NCBI GenBank assembly: GCA_963667035.1
Contig: OY762964.1
Coordinates: forward strand, 2,560,001-2,624,000
Origin: Candidatus Cloacimonadales bacterium
GTDB taxonomy: Bacteria; Cloacimonadota; Cloacimonadia; Cloacimonadales; JAFGVF01
Length of the DNA: 64,000 nucleotides
Reading direction: 5' to 3'
In this document: positions 26,967-35,933 of the stretch, piece by piece
Layout of the letters: each line of letters begins with the position of its first letter
Position numbering within the stretch: the first letter of the stretch is position 1
The notes under the pieces: generated by a model
The model's database searches: none
What the model was told of the DNA's origin: nothing
Seen by the model: the letters and a program-made list of their open reading frames with translations, nothing else
Position numbers and translations under genes: made by a program

Positions 26967-28097
26967 CTACTCGTCGATAACCTCAACATTAGCACGAGGT
27001 ATAACAATTTTCTCACCGTTTTCAAGTTGTGCTTCAAGAACACGAACCCATGTTTCTGATTGTACTTGAGTAAGTTTCTCAGGTAATCCTGTAATCTTAC
27101 CAATGCTACCAAAATTAGGCTGTCTGATAACACGGATAGTAGAACCGACTTCAAGGGAAGGCATTCTAGCTTCTTTAACCTGTAGTTCATCTTCCTGGAA
27201 TTCAAGAGGAATAATAACTTCAGGTCTCATAACACCGGCACGAATCTGTGTTTTACCATGACATGAAGATTGCTTACCTTCAAAGCTCTTAAGTAAATCA
27301 AAGGTCTTGTGAGCCATATTAATAGGGCCAAAACCTTCAGTAACTATAATTGTAGTATTTATCTCTTCGTGACCTGTGATAGCAACACCGATATCATAAC
27401 CAAGAAGTTCTTTGATATCCTGATCTTCTATACCACCGGTAATGATTGCGGAAACGCCAAGGTCATTTGCTTTCTTGATAGCATCAAGAGTAACAAGGTC
27501 ACCGCCCACTACTATCTTACCTTTGCAAGCTTCTGTTATCATATTTGCTTCAAGAGTTTGATCAGGTTTGCTAACAAGAATTTTAATCTCACCGAAAGTT
27601 TCACCACCGATACCAAAGATACCTTGGATATAAGCGGATTTGTTTTCGATAACAACACCCTCTTCAGGGATAACTTCCGTTACAACGCCATCGATGAAAG
27701 CAAGAACCTGTATAGGAATTCTAGGCTCTCTGAGAAGCATCTGCCCTGTATGTTTAGAAATACTTTCAACTTCACCGTCTGTAGGTGATTCATAACTTGT
27801 TTTCCAGAATCCAAGACCTAAGAAACCTTTATTTTCGGCTAAAATCTGGTTTTTTTTAATCTCATCTCCCGGATTAACTTTAAGATAAGTCTGAAGCTGT
27901 TCGGCTGTACAACCCATTTTGTTGGCAAGTTTAACCGGAATGACGTTACCCGGTAAGAGTGTCTCAGCTACGAGATCTTCAGCTTTAACTTTATCGCCAA
28001 CCTTAACAAGGACTTTACCCTTGATAGGAAGTATTCTTTCTTTTCTTAGTACAATACTGTCAGTTACAGTCAATCCTGCTGAATATGCTTGTGCCAT
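26967..28097 (-). CDS. Conserved hypothetical protein partnered with the GlmL/MutL-like gene (barrel-sandwich-like repeats, KOW-like C-terminus)
   Basis: Intact 376-aa ORF with GGAGG RBS, 10 nt after the glmL-like stop; VKVGDKV, GKTQIRAGVMRPE motifs. Confidence 0.75.
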   Translation of the reverse strand: MAQAYSAGLTVTDSIVLRKERILPIKGKVLVKVGDKVKAEDLVAETLLPGNVIPVKLANKMGCTAEQLQTYLKVNPGDEIKKNQILAENKGFLGLGFWKTSYESPTDGEVESISKHTGQMLLREPRIPIQVLAFIDGVVTEVIPEEGVVIENKSAYIQGIFGIGGETFGEIKILVSKPDQTLEANMITEACKGKIVVGGDLVTLDAIKKANDLGVSAIITGGIEDQDIKELLGYDIGVAITGHEEINTTIIVTEGFGPINMAHKTFDLLKSFEGKQSSCHGKTQIRAGVMRPEVIIPLEFQEDELQVKEARMPSLEVGSTIRVIRQPNFGSIGKITGLPEKLTQVQSETWVRVLEAQLENGEKIVIPRANVEVIDE

Positions 28098-28107
28098 TCT
28101 TTACCTC

Positions 28108-29970
28108 CTAATTCAACATTGTTTCCGGATATGCCTGGAATTCCTTCATCCATTTGAGGAGTCTAGGCACACGGTTTTGAGCTTCTACAGGTAAAACAAA
28201 CGGTCTTCTGCCACGAGTATCAAGAACGATACCGACAACACCACCATGGAGTTCTGTTTCAAGGTGCTGATTCTTACCGGCACCGACATCAAGACCACGA
28301 CCGGGTTTAAGAACAGCTTTAGCAGTTTCACCAACACCACAAGGAATAAGCCTGACTTCTCCGAATGGAATCTTCTCATCGAAGGTTGAACCGTCAGGTA
28401 GAGTAATGGTTGCTTCTAGAGCAATTGCATCTTCTTTAATCTTACCAACAGGAGCAACGCAAGTTCCAAGGTAAACCATACAGTCTTTATCAAATACTTC
28501 AGTAGCGGCTTCTTCATTAATAGAAGCAATCACACCAAGGTGAGGCATCATAAAGATTGAATCCACAGCAAGACGTGTAATACATTCAGGCAAGAATGCA
28601 TCAATCATCATCATAACAGTCTGGTTTCTACGAGGAGCATGTGATAACACACCACCTGAACCAACAAGCAAATCGAGTGTAGACATGTTTACGATTGTAG
28701 CACCGGTTTCACTCTGACTAAAAGCTTGTGATATATCACGTTGCTGTTGAGCACCTTTAAGGGAGACTGCAAACTCTTTATGCTGAATCAGAGCAAGACG
28801 TAAAGCTTCTTTAGCAATAGCCTGTTCAAGAACTAGTTCAGTTGCTTTAGCCGGGATAGTTGTAGGACGTATCATCTTATTCTTGATCATGTTACGGAGT
28901 TCTTTCTTATCAATGTCAAAAGGAACCCAACGTAAGATATTATCTAGTCCTGCTGATGCAAGAACATTGGATATTGAATAACTCATACCAAGGTTAGCAC
29001 TAACTGTACGGTTAAAGATATATTCATCAGTAAACACTGAGAAAACATCAGTAGTAGCACCACCAATATCAACACCAAGAACCTCAATCTGGTTCATCTT
29101 GGCGATAGTCTGCATAATATTACCAACAGCAGCAGGAGTAGGCATAATTGGCACAGTCTGGTGGTCGGGACCAATAGCCCAAGACATCAGTTTACTGTAA
29201 CCAGGAGCCTGTTGCATAACGTGTTCAAGGAAAAGATCATGAATCTTGTCACGAGCAGGTCCGAGATTCTCATGTTCAAGAGTAGGACGTAAGTTATCGC
29301 TGATAATAAGGTCTACTTTCTGATCAAGAGTTTCTTTAATCTCATCTACTGCCTTATTATTACCTGCAAAGATAACAGGGAGCTTATAAGACGAACCCAA
29401 ACGTGGGCGAGGGTCAGCAGCAGCAACCAACTCGGCCATTTCTACAACATGCTTGGTTGTTCCACCGTCAACACCACCAGCCATAAGAATCATATCCGGA
29501 CGAAGCTGTCTGATACGTTCAATTTTTTGGTGATTCATTCTCTTATCGTTAGAAGCAATAAGATCCATAACGATAGCACCGGCACCTAGAGCTGCACGTT
29601 CAGCACTTTCTCCGGTCATTTTTGCGACAACACCTGTCACCATCATCTGAAGTCCACCACCGGCAGAGGATGTAGACACATAAGCATCTGCACCTAAATC
29701 ACCATTACGTGGAATTATAAGACTTCCATCTTCGATGAATCTGATGTTATTATTATCATATTTTAATCGTGCAAGTTCTTCAAGCTCTTGCACAGCATTC
29801 AGGACACCTCTGGTAACATCGTTAAGAGGTGCTTCCACTGTTGTGGGTGACTCACCTCGAACGGTTTGACGATATTCACCGTCAATGTACTCAATGAGGA
29901 TCGCTTTGGTTGTGGTACTACCACAGTCCGTAGCAATAATCCTGGTAAGTTTCTCTTTGGGATATTGCAT
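28108..29970 (-). CDS. Glutamate mutase L (GlmL/MutL)-like ASKHA ATPase, long form
   Basis: DCGSTTTK, SSAGGGL, GGVDGG, MPTP, VDIGGATTDVFS motifs. Confidence 0.85.
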   Translation of the reverse strand: MQYPKEKLTRIIATDCGSTTTKAILIEYIDGEYRQTVRGESPTTVEAPLNDVTRGVLNAVQELEELARLKYDNNNIRFIEDGSLIIPRNGDLGADAYVSTSSAGGGLQMMVTGVVAKMTGESAERAALGAGAIVMDLIASNDKRMNHQKIERIRQLRPDMILMAGGVDGGTTKHVVEMAELVAAADPRPRLGSSYKLPVIFAGNNKAVDEIKETLDQKVDLIISDNLRPTLEHENLGPARDKIHDLFLEHVMQQAPGYSKLMSWAIGPDHQTVPIMPTPAAVGNIMQTIAKMNQIEVLGVDIGGATTDVFSVFTDEYIFNRTVSANLGMSYSISNVLASAGLDNILRWVPFDIDKKELRNMIKNKMIRPTTIPAKATELVLEQAIAKEALRLALIQHKEFAVSLKGAQQQRDISQAFSQSETGATIVNMSTLDLLVGSGGVLSHAPRRNQTVMMMIDAFLPECITRLAVDSIFMMPHLGVIASINEEAATEVFDKDCMVYLGTCVAPVGKIKEDAIALEATITLPDGSTFDEKIPFGEVRLIPCGVGETAKAVLKPGRGLDVGAGKNQHLETELHGGVVGIVLDTRGRRPFVLPVEAQNRVPRLLKWMKEFQAYPETMLN

Positions 29971-29981
29971 ACACTCCTCCG

Positions 29982-31073
29982 CTATTGTTTTTTTATTTCA
30001 TCATTAATAATTATCTTTGGATTTAGAATTGCCAAATTACTGGCATAATCATAATCTACATCATTATCTAGGTCTGAAACATCTTTCTCAATGCTATCTA
30101 GTAATACTATCTTCTGTATTATTGCTTTTAAAACATTTACTGCAACACTATTACCAAACTGTTTATAAGCTTGAGAGGATGATTCATCAATAATAAAATC
30201 TTCAGGATATCCTTGGACTCTTGCACATTCTCTGGTACTTAGTTTTCTTACTTTCCCATTGATAAGATAAAGTCCCGTCTTAGAACCAACTCCCCCACCA
30301 TAAGCAGAGAGAGTAATTGCATGACCAAAAGGACTATAAATTCTTTCTCCTTGCCCACCTTTGTTAACATAACCAATTTGTATAGGTTTATTTGGCAAGA
30401 CTAAATTTCCAAACAAATCAGTGTCTGGTTTGTAATCTTTAGTAAATACAATATCTTCCCTTTCTACAACTTTTACATCTGAATTCGTACTCTCAATAAT
30501 GTCCAAAAGGCAAGTTGGTTTATGTGAAATTTTGGGAAACTCAAAATATGTAACTCTAAGGTCTTTTCTAAAGCAAACGAAATATATTCTTTCTCTATTC
30601 TGAGGAAGTCCATAATTCCCGGCATTCAGGACTTTATAATAAACTCTATAACCAACAGAATCTAATAGTTTCAGTACTACATTAAGAGTATCACCACCGT
30701 TATGACGTATAAAGTTTTTAACATTCTCAAGTAGCATTAACTTTGGTTTATGGTATTGGGCAATTCTAATAATATCGAAAAAGAGTGTACCTCTAACATC
30801 CTCAAATCCTAACTGCTTACCTGAAATAGAGAAGGCTTGACATGGAAACCCAGCACAAAGGATATCGTGTTTAGGTATATCCTCTTCTTTGATAAGAGTT
30901 ATGTCTCCTTCCGGTTTAATCCCATAATTTTTCTCATATAATTTAGCTGCGTGTTTATCCCATTCAGAAGCGAAAACACATTCAGCTCCCCAAGAGCTTA
31001 AAGCCTGATGAAAACCACCTATTCCTGCAAATAGGTCTATATATTTTGCATTATAAAAAAAATCATTCATCAA
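29982..31073 (-). CDS. DNA (cytosine-5) methyltransferase, M.HhaI-like (predicted GCGC)
   Basis: FAGIGG, GFPCQ, ENV, QNRERI, FGNSV; target-recognition region KGGQGERIYS..AITLSAYGGG as in M.HhaI. Confidence 0.92.
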   Translation of the reverse strand: MMNDFFYNAKYIDLFAGIGGFHQALSSWGAECVFASEWDKHAAKLYEKNYGIKPEGDITLIKEEDIPKHDILCAGFPCQAFSISGKQLGFEDVRGTLFFDIIRIAQYHKPKLMLLENVKNFIRHNGGDTLNVVLKLLDSVGYRVYYKVLNAGNYGLPQNRERIYFVCFRKDLRVTYFEFPKISHKPTCLLDIIESTNSDVKVVEREDIVFTKDYKPDTDLFGNLVLPNKPIQIGYVNKGGQGERIYSPFGHAITLSAYGGGVGSKTGLYLINGKVRKLSTRECARVQGYPEDFIIDESSSQAYKQFGNSVAVNVLKAIIQKIVLLDSIEKDVSDLDNDVDYDYASNLAILNPKIIINDEIKKQ

Positions 31074-31890
31074 ACAACTCTAGTGGATTTATTTTAAATT
31101 GCAAACTTCTTGGATCAGGAGTTCCACCCTTTCTCTGCATTGTAACTCTGCCAATTCTTAGACTACCACGAGGGCTAACCTCTGTATTACCTTGTGCATA
31201 ATGATTGCAAACATTATTTATATCTTTCAATATCCATTCAACGGAATGCTCCGACTCTTTTTTGGTCACTAAAAACCATTCCACACTTAGAGCTCCTCGC
31301 CCTTTGAGTATATCATTTATTATCAATATTTTGTTATTATCTATGAATGCAATTAACTCACATACATCTTTTTCAGGTAGTTCTGTTAAGAACAATCTTC
31401 TTTTATCTTTTAATTTGTCAATCTGAGTAGAAGTATAAATATCTGAAGGACTCAACTCACCGGTAAACAACTTCAGAGTTTTCTCTATATTATTATTGAA
31501 GCCCCACATTTTCTTGTAATTACTAACCGGTCTCTTATCAACTTGGTTGTATCCGGCATCACTATTGGCTTTTTTTAAAGATATATTTTCTGTATAGAGT
31601 ATGTTATCAATAAATATCTTCACTCTTATCTGTACATCTGCTTTTTTATATTTTATCGTTTGTTCAAATAATTCTTCAGTAACTCCAAGTTGAAGAGCTT
31701 TATTCATATTAATACGTGTTGGTATATGTATTGCATCAATATGCTCTATCTTTTTGTAATCATAACCCATAACAGAAAGCCAGTCTTGAGATACCGAATC
31801 ATTCTTAAAGTTAGAAAACTTCAGGCAAACATCTCTCTCATTGATAAATCCACCCTTTGCAGTTAATGAGCCTATTTCCGATTGAGTCAT
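31063..31890 (-). CDS. Type II restriction endonuclease, HinP1I/MspI-like
   Basis: GS.TAKGGF.NE, KADVQ, ENISLK, NQVDKR, MQRKGG..LQFKINP; overlaps the methyltransferase start. Confidence 0.8.
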   Translation of the reverse strand: MTQSEIGSLTAKGGFINERDVCLKFSNFKNDSVSQDWLSVMGYDYKKIEHIDAIHIPTRINMNKALQLGVTEELFEQTIKYKKADVQIRVKIFIDNILYTENISLKKANSDAGYNQVDKRPVSNYKKMWGFNNNIEKTLKLFTGELSPSDIYTSTQIDKLKDKRRLFLTELPEKDVCELIAFIDNNKILIINDILKGRGALSVEWFLVTKKESEHSVEWILKDINNVCNHYAQGNTEVSPRGSLRIGRVTMQRKGGTPDPRSLQFKINPLELFDE

Positions 31891-32282
31891 TTAGAGTCCT
31901 TTCGATTATTAAACAATTTAGTCATATAGCTTTTAAACTTCTTACGTCGTTTCAATCTGATAGCACGCTTTTTCTCACGCTCTTCCCAATACATTTCATC
32001 ATCAAGCTCTTCAATTCGTTTCACAAGTAAGCTCACATACTCTCTGTTCTCGATAATAACTGCAAACTCCTGATAACTCTTTGAATCGAAAATAAGCTCC
32101 ATAACAGGAAGGGCAACATACATAGCAGAGCTGGTAATCCCATGTAGAGGTTTCAAAGACTCAATTGTCATAATTGCTGCCGGAGTCAGTTTTCTTTCCA
32201 CAAAGAAACGTGCGGCTTTATCAATCAGCATCAGAGCTCTTTCTCTTGGTACTTCTACAATGTAGCTTTCTTCGTTTAGCAT
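31887..32282 (-). CDS. Conserved hypothetical protein
   Basis: Translationally coupled to comF and the endonuclease gene; PAAIMTIESLKPL motif. Confidence 0.7.
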   Translation of the reverse strand: MLNEESYIVEVPRERALMLIDKAARFFVERKLTPAAIMTIESLKPLHGITSSAMYVALPVMELIFDSKSYQEFAVIIENREYVSLLVKRIEELDDEMYWEEREKKRAIRLKRRKKFKSYMTKLFNNRKDSK

Positions 32283-32995
32283 ACCTTTCCTACTGTTAAT
32301 ACATATACTCTTTTAGGGTTACAATGATTAACGATATTGCAAACCTCTTTCATTGTTGATCCCGAAGTATAAATATCATCCAGAATCACAATATTCTTAT
32401 CTTTTATAATCTCGGGCTTTCTTACACTGAAAGCACCTTTGACATTATCAGCTCTATCCGAATGCTCGACTTTTGATTGTTTTACGGTTGCTCTATCTCT
32501 TTTCAAAACCGAACCGTCGTACATCCAGTTCTGCAATCGAGCCAATCGTTTCGCAATTAAGGCTGCTTGATTAAAGCCTCTTTCTTTCAGTCTCACTCTA
32601 TGCAATGGTATCGGTAAAATCAAGTTTGCATCCGTAAAAATCTTATTTCTATTTAACCATTCGGAAGCTCTTAAAGCCAAGAAATCAGCAATTCTTCTCT
32701 TGCTATCGTATTTCAGACTGTGAATCATACTTCTCAGACAGTCTCTATAGGCATATATTGCCTGTGCCTCAGTCCAAGGCACTTCCGGTTTACCACATTC
32801 GAAGCATTCACCTCGAATCAGTTTCTTCCCACAATATGGACAAAGATTAGGCTCTAAGAAATACAGTTTATCAAGACACTTCGCACAGAGATATTCTCCG
32901 GCAGTATCGATTCGTTCTCCGCAATGCTGACAGACAGGTGGGAATAGCAAGTTAAATCTACTCGATTCTCCTATCTTTCTCAGCGAGGAAAACAA
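32276..32995 (-). CDS. comF: ComF-family protein (double zinc ribbon plus PRTase fold)
   Basis: CxxC pairs, LKY, PIPLH..RGFNQA, LDDIYTSGST. Confidence 0.9.
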   Translation of the reverse strand: MFSSLRKIGESSRFNLLFPPVCQHCGERIDTAGEYLCAKCLDKLYFLEPNLCPYCGKKLIRGECFECGKPEVPWTEAQAIYAYRDCLRSMIHSLKYDSKRRIADFLALRASEWLNRNKIFTDANLILPIPLHRVRLKERGFNQAALIAKRLARLQNWMYDGSVLKRDRATVKQSKVEHSDRADNVKGAFSVRKPEIIKDKNIVILDDIYTSGSTMKEVCNIVNHCNPKRVYVLTVGKVC

Positions 32996-33004
32996 AGCAA
33001 ATAC

Positions 33005-33694
33005 CTAAAGTCCCAAGAATTTCTCTATAGATTCAAAGATAATTTTTCCGTCACGACTAGGTACGACATCTTCAGCCGCTCTTTCAGGGTGAGGCATCAT
33101 TCCAAGAACGTTACGATTTATATTACATATCCCTGCTATATTATCAATAGCACCATTAGGATTGGATTCTTCATTAACATTGCCTGATTCGTCACAATAA
33201 CGGAACAGAATTTGGTTATTATCTTGAAGACTTTTTAATCCGGTTTCATCAATAAAGTAGTTTCCCTCTTTATGAGCTATCGGAATATCAAGAACCTGCT
33301 CTTTTGTGCAGGCATTTGTGAATGGAGAGTCAAGAGTTTCCACTCTAATAGTTTGGTGCTTACAGATGAATTCAAGGTCTCTGTTCTGCATTAAAGCTCC
33401 GGGAAGCAGCCCTGTTTCGGTAAGTATCTGAAAACCGTTACAAACACCAATTACAAGCCCACCGTTGTTAGCAAACTTTATCACTTCTTGAATGATAGGT
33501 GAATGCTTGGCTATCGCTCCGCAACGGAGATAATCACCATAAGAGAATCCACCGGGGAGAAATACCATATCCGGATTTTTTAGCTGAGTATCCTTATGCC
33601 AAACATACTCTACCTGATGGCCCCTAATCTTGCTGATATGAAAAGCATCACCGTCGCAATTGGAGCCGGGAAACATTATAACATTGATTCTCAT
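33005..33694 (-). CDS. purQ: Phosphoribosylformylglycinamidine synthase subunit PurQ
   Basis: FPGSNCD, PGGFSYGDYLRCG, GVCNGFQ, MMPHPER. Confidence 0.96.
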   Translation of the reverse strand: MRINVIMFPGSNCDGDAFHISKIRGHQVEYVWHKDTQLKNPDMVFLPGGFSYGDYLRCGAIAKHSPIIQEVIKFANNGGLVIGVCNGFQILTETGLLPGALMQNRDLEFICKHQTIRVETLDSPFTNACTKEQVLDIPIAHKEGNYFIDETGLKSLQDNNQILFRYCDESGNVNEESNPNGAIDNIAGICNINRNVLGMMPHPERAAEDVVPSRDGKIIFESIEKFLGL

Positions 33695-33697
33695 TGT

Positions 33698-33949
33698 TTA
33701 CTTACCTGTTTCAAGTTCGTAATAATATGTTTCGGTATTAGGATTTGCCAGAACTTTGTCACAAATCTTTTCCAATTCAGCTTTTACTTCGTTCTCGTTG
33801 TCATTCTCAAATTTGATTTCTATGAATTTACTCACACGAACTTCGTTCACACCTTTGTGTCCCAGACTGTGTAATGTATTCATTACAACTTTGCCCTGAG
33901 GGTCAAGAACGCTTGGTTTCAGGGTAATATAAACTTTAGCTTTAATCAT
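33698..33949 (-). CDS. purS: Phosphoribosylformylglycinamidine synthase subunit PurS
   Basis: LKPSVLDPQG, LANPNTE. Confidence 0.95.
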   Translation of the reverse strand: MIKAKVYITLKPSVLDPQGKVVMNTLHSLGHKGVNEVRVSKFIEIKFENDNENEVKAELEKICDKVLANPNTETYYYELETGK

Positions 33950-34320
33950 TGTTCCTCTTCATTGTGATAATTATTCAGTTTCCCAAATTATAGACTATAT
34001 AATTACCGTCAATTGAAATTAATCAATCTGCTTTAAAAACAATGGATTAGAGTTTCTTTTAATAATTGGTATTTTCTCAACTTGCTCTTATTGACTATTT
34101 CCTAAAACGACAAACATAAAACCACGTAAAAACAAGTTCAATTTATACGGATTTGATTCCATCACCATCCGAACTTTAGGATTATGTCTTTTATAATAGT
34201 AAGAGCATAATTAATAATCTTACTCAATTTGCCATACACCCTAATATAATAGTTAACGTATACAGTGCGATTTTCAACAACTTACGCTATTTTTATCTCT
34301 TCTATTTCGCTATTCAACAA

Positions 34321-34435
34321 CGCACGATGTTCGCACTGTGCAGGCACTGTGATCTCAGTATCCACCCACTGAAACACTGGGTTAGCAGTGCTTGAGCAGT
34401 GCGAGCACAGTGGGAAAACAGAGCTTTGGTAATTA
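34321..34435. repeat. Inverted array of 11-bp-spaced CACTG/CAGTG units
   Basis: Core starts at 34323, 34334, 34345, 34356, 34367, then 34375, 34386, 34397, 34408, 34419. Confidence 0.7.
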
Positions 34436-34460
34436 GCTTAAAGTATGTCAGGGGAATAGC

Positions 34461-35924
34461 CTATTTATTCTTAAGGGATTTCATTAAAGGATATAGCTTT
34501 CTGAATACTAAGTACTTGTTCCTATAGAAGGCTGCTTTATCTTGAATAGGTAAATAGACTTCTTTATCTTTAACAATAGAATCGCATGCAGATGTAACAT
34601 CAGGATATTCTCCACAGCCTACAGAAGCAAGAATAGCAGCACCAAAAGCAGGACCCTCGGATACTTCTATAGTTGCTATCTTAAGATTGAAAATATTAGC
34701 AATCAATTGATTCCACACCCTACTTTTGGAACCACCGCCACTTATTCTAATCTTATCAATCGCAATCTTCATACTTTTAAGAATCTCAAGAGAATCCCTA
34801 AGAGCAAACGCTACTCCTTCCATTACGGCTTTACTCATATCGGCAGAATCATTGTTTATACCTATTCCAATAAATGCACCCTTAGCTGTAGGGTCGTTAT
34901 GGGGAGTACGTTCTCCTATCAGATAAGGTAAAAATAAAAGTTCCTCTGAGTCTTGAGATACTTCAATGTCCTGATTAATTCTCTCATAATCATTACACTT
35001 CAAGACATCCTCAACCCACCATTTGAGAGCTCCTGCAGCTGAAAGCATGACTCCCATCTGGTGAAACATCCCATTCGCATGTGCAAAAGAATGAAGTCTG
35101 TTGCCTTTATCAATTATACAGTTATCCGTTGGTGCAAAAACAACTCCGGAAGTTCCTAGTGCAACAGAAACAACGCCCTCTCTAACAGCTCCGGTTCCTA
35201 TAGCTCCAACAGCCTGGTCTCCCCCACCAATGATAATATTTGTATTAGCAGGAATGCTTAGTTCATCTGCAATATCTACTTTGACCGTACCTATTACCTC
35301 AAAGGATTCAAACAATTCCGGAAGCTGATTCTTTGTAACACCAACCAGCTTTAGCATCTCGTCCGACCATGTTTTATTCTTTACATCCAGAAGCAATGTC
35401 CCGGAAGCATCGGAATAATCTGTAGCAAACACTCCGGAAAGCTTGAAAGCAATATAATCTTTAGGAAGCATTATTTTACTGATACGTTTAAAGTTATCGG
35501 GTTCGTTATCTCTCAGCCATAGAATTTTGGGAGCAGTAAATCCGGTTAAGGCAATGTTCCCTGTATAATCGGATATATATTCTTTTCCAATACCTAGATT
35601 TAAATAGTTGCATTCAATGACAGTTCGTTGATCACACCATAAAATAGCGGGACGTATAACCCTATCATCAGAATCAAGAGCAACCAATCCATGCATTTGT
35701 CCACTAAAACTAATACCCTTAAGATTACTCAAATCATGCTTGCGAACTAAATCTTTAATCACTGATTTTGTAGCTTTCCACCAATCATCCGGATTCTGTT
35801 CAGCCCAATTTGGTTTCGGGAAACTAAGCTCATAACCCTCCGTACAAGTATCAATAATAGTTCCGTCCGCTTTCATTAAAAGAGCTTTAACAGATGAAGT
35901 GCCAATATCAATCCCTAAATACAT
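34461..35924 (-). CDS. xylB: Xylulokinase
   Basis: GIDIGTSSVK, SGQMHG, PAILWCD, GGGDQ, LPYLIGERTPH. Confidence 0.93.
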   Translation of the reverse strand: MYLGIDIGTSSVKALLMKADGTIIDTCTEGYELSFPKPNWAEQNPDDWWKATKSVIKDLVRKHDLSNLKGISFSGQMHGLVALDSDDRVIRPAILWCDQRTVIECNYLNLGIGKEYISDYTGNIALTGFTAPKILWLRDNEPDNFKRISKIMLPKDYIAFKLSGVFATDYSDASGTLLLDVKNKTWSDEMLKLVGVTKNQLPELFESFEVIGTVKVDIADELSIPANTNIIIGGGDQAVGAIGTGAVREGVVSVALGTSGVVFAPTDNCIIDKGNRLHSFAHANGMFHQMGVMLSAAGALKWWVEDVLKCNDYERINQDIEVSQDSEELLFLPYLIGERTPHNDPTAKGAFIGIGINNDSADMSKAVMEGVAFALRDSLEILKSMKIAIDKIRISGGGSKSRVWNQLIANIFNLKIATIEVSEGPAFGAAILASVGCGEYPDVTSACDSIVKDKEVYLPIQDKAAFYRNKYLVFRKLYPLMKSLKNK

Positions 35925-35933
35925 TTTTGTCCC

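Noticed and set aside
27309..27788. 159-aa plus-strand ORF and other antisense ORFs inside long genes (e.g. 14830-15246, 46757-47137, 60058-60435)
   Set aside because: They lie wholly or largely opposite well-supported genes and have shadow-like composition.
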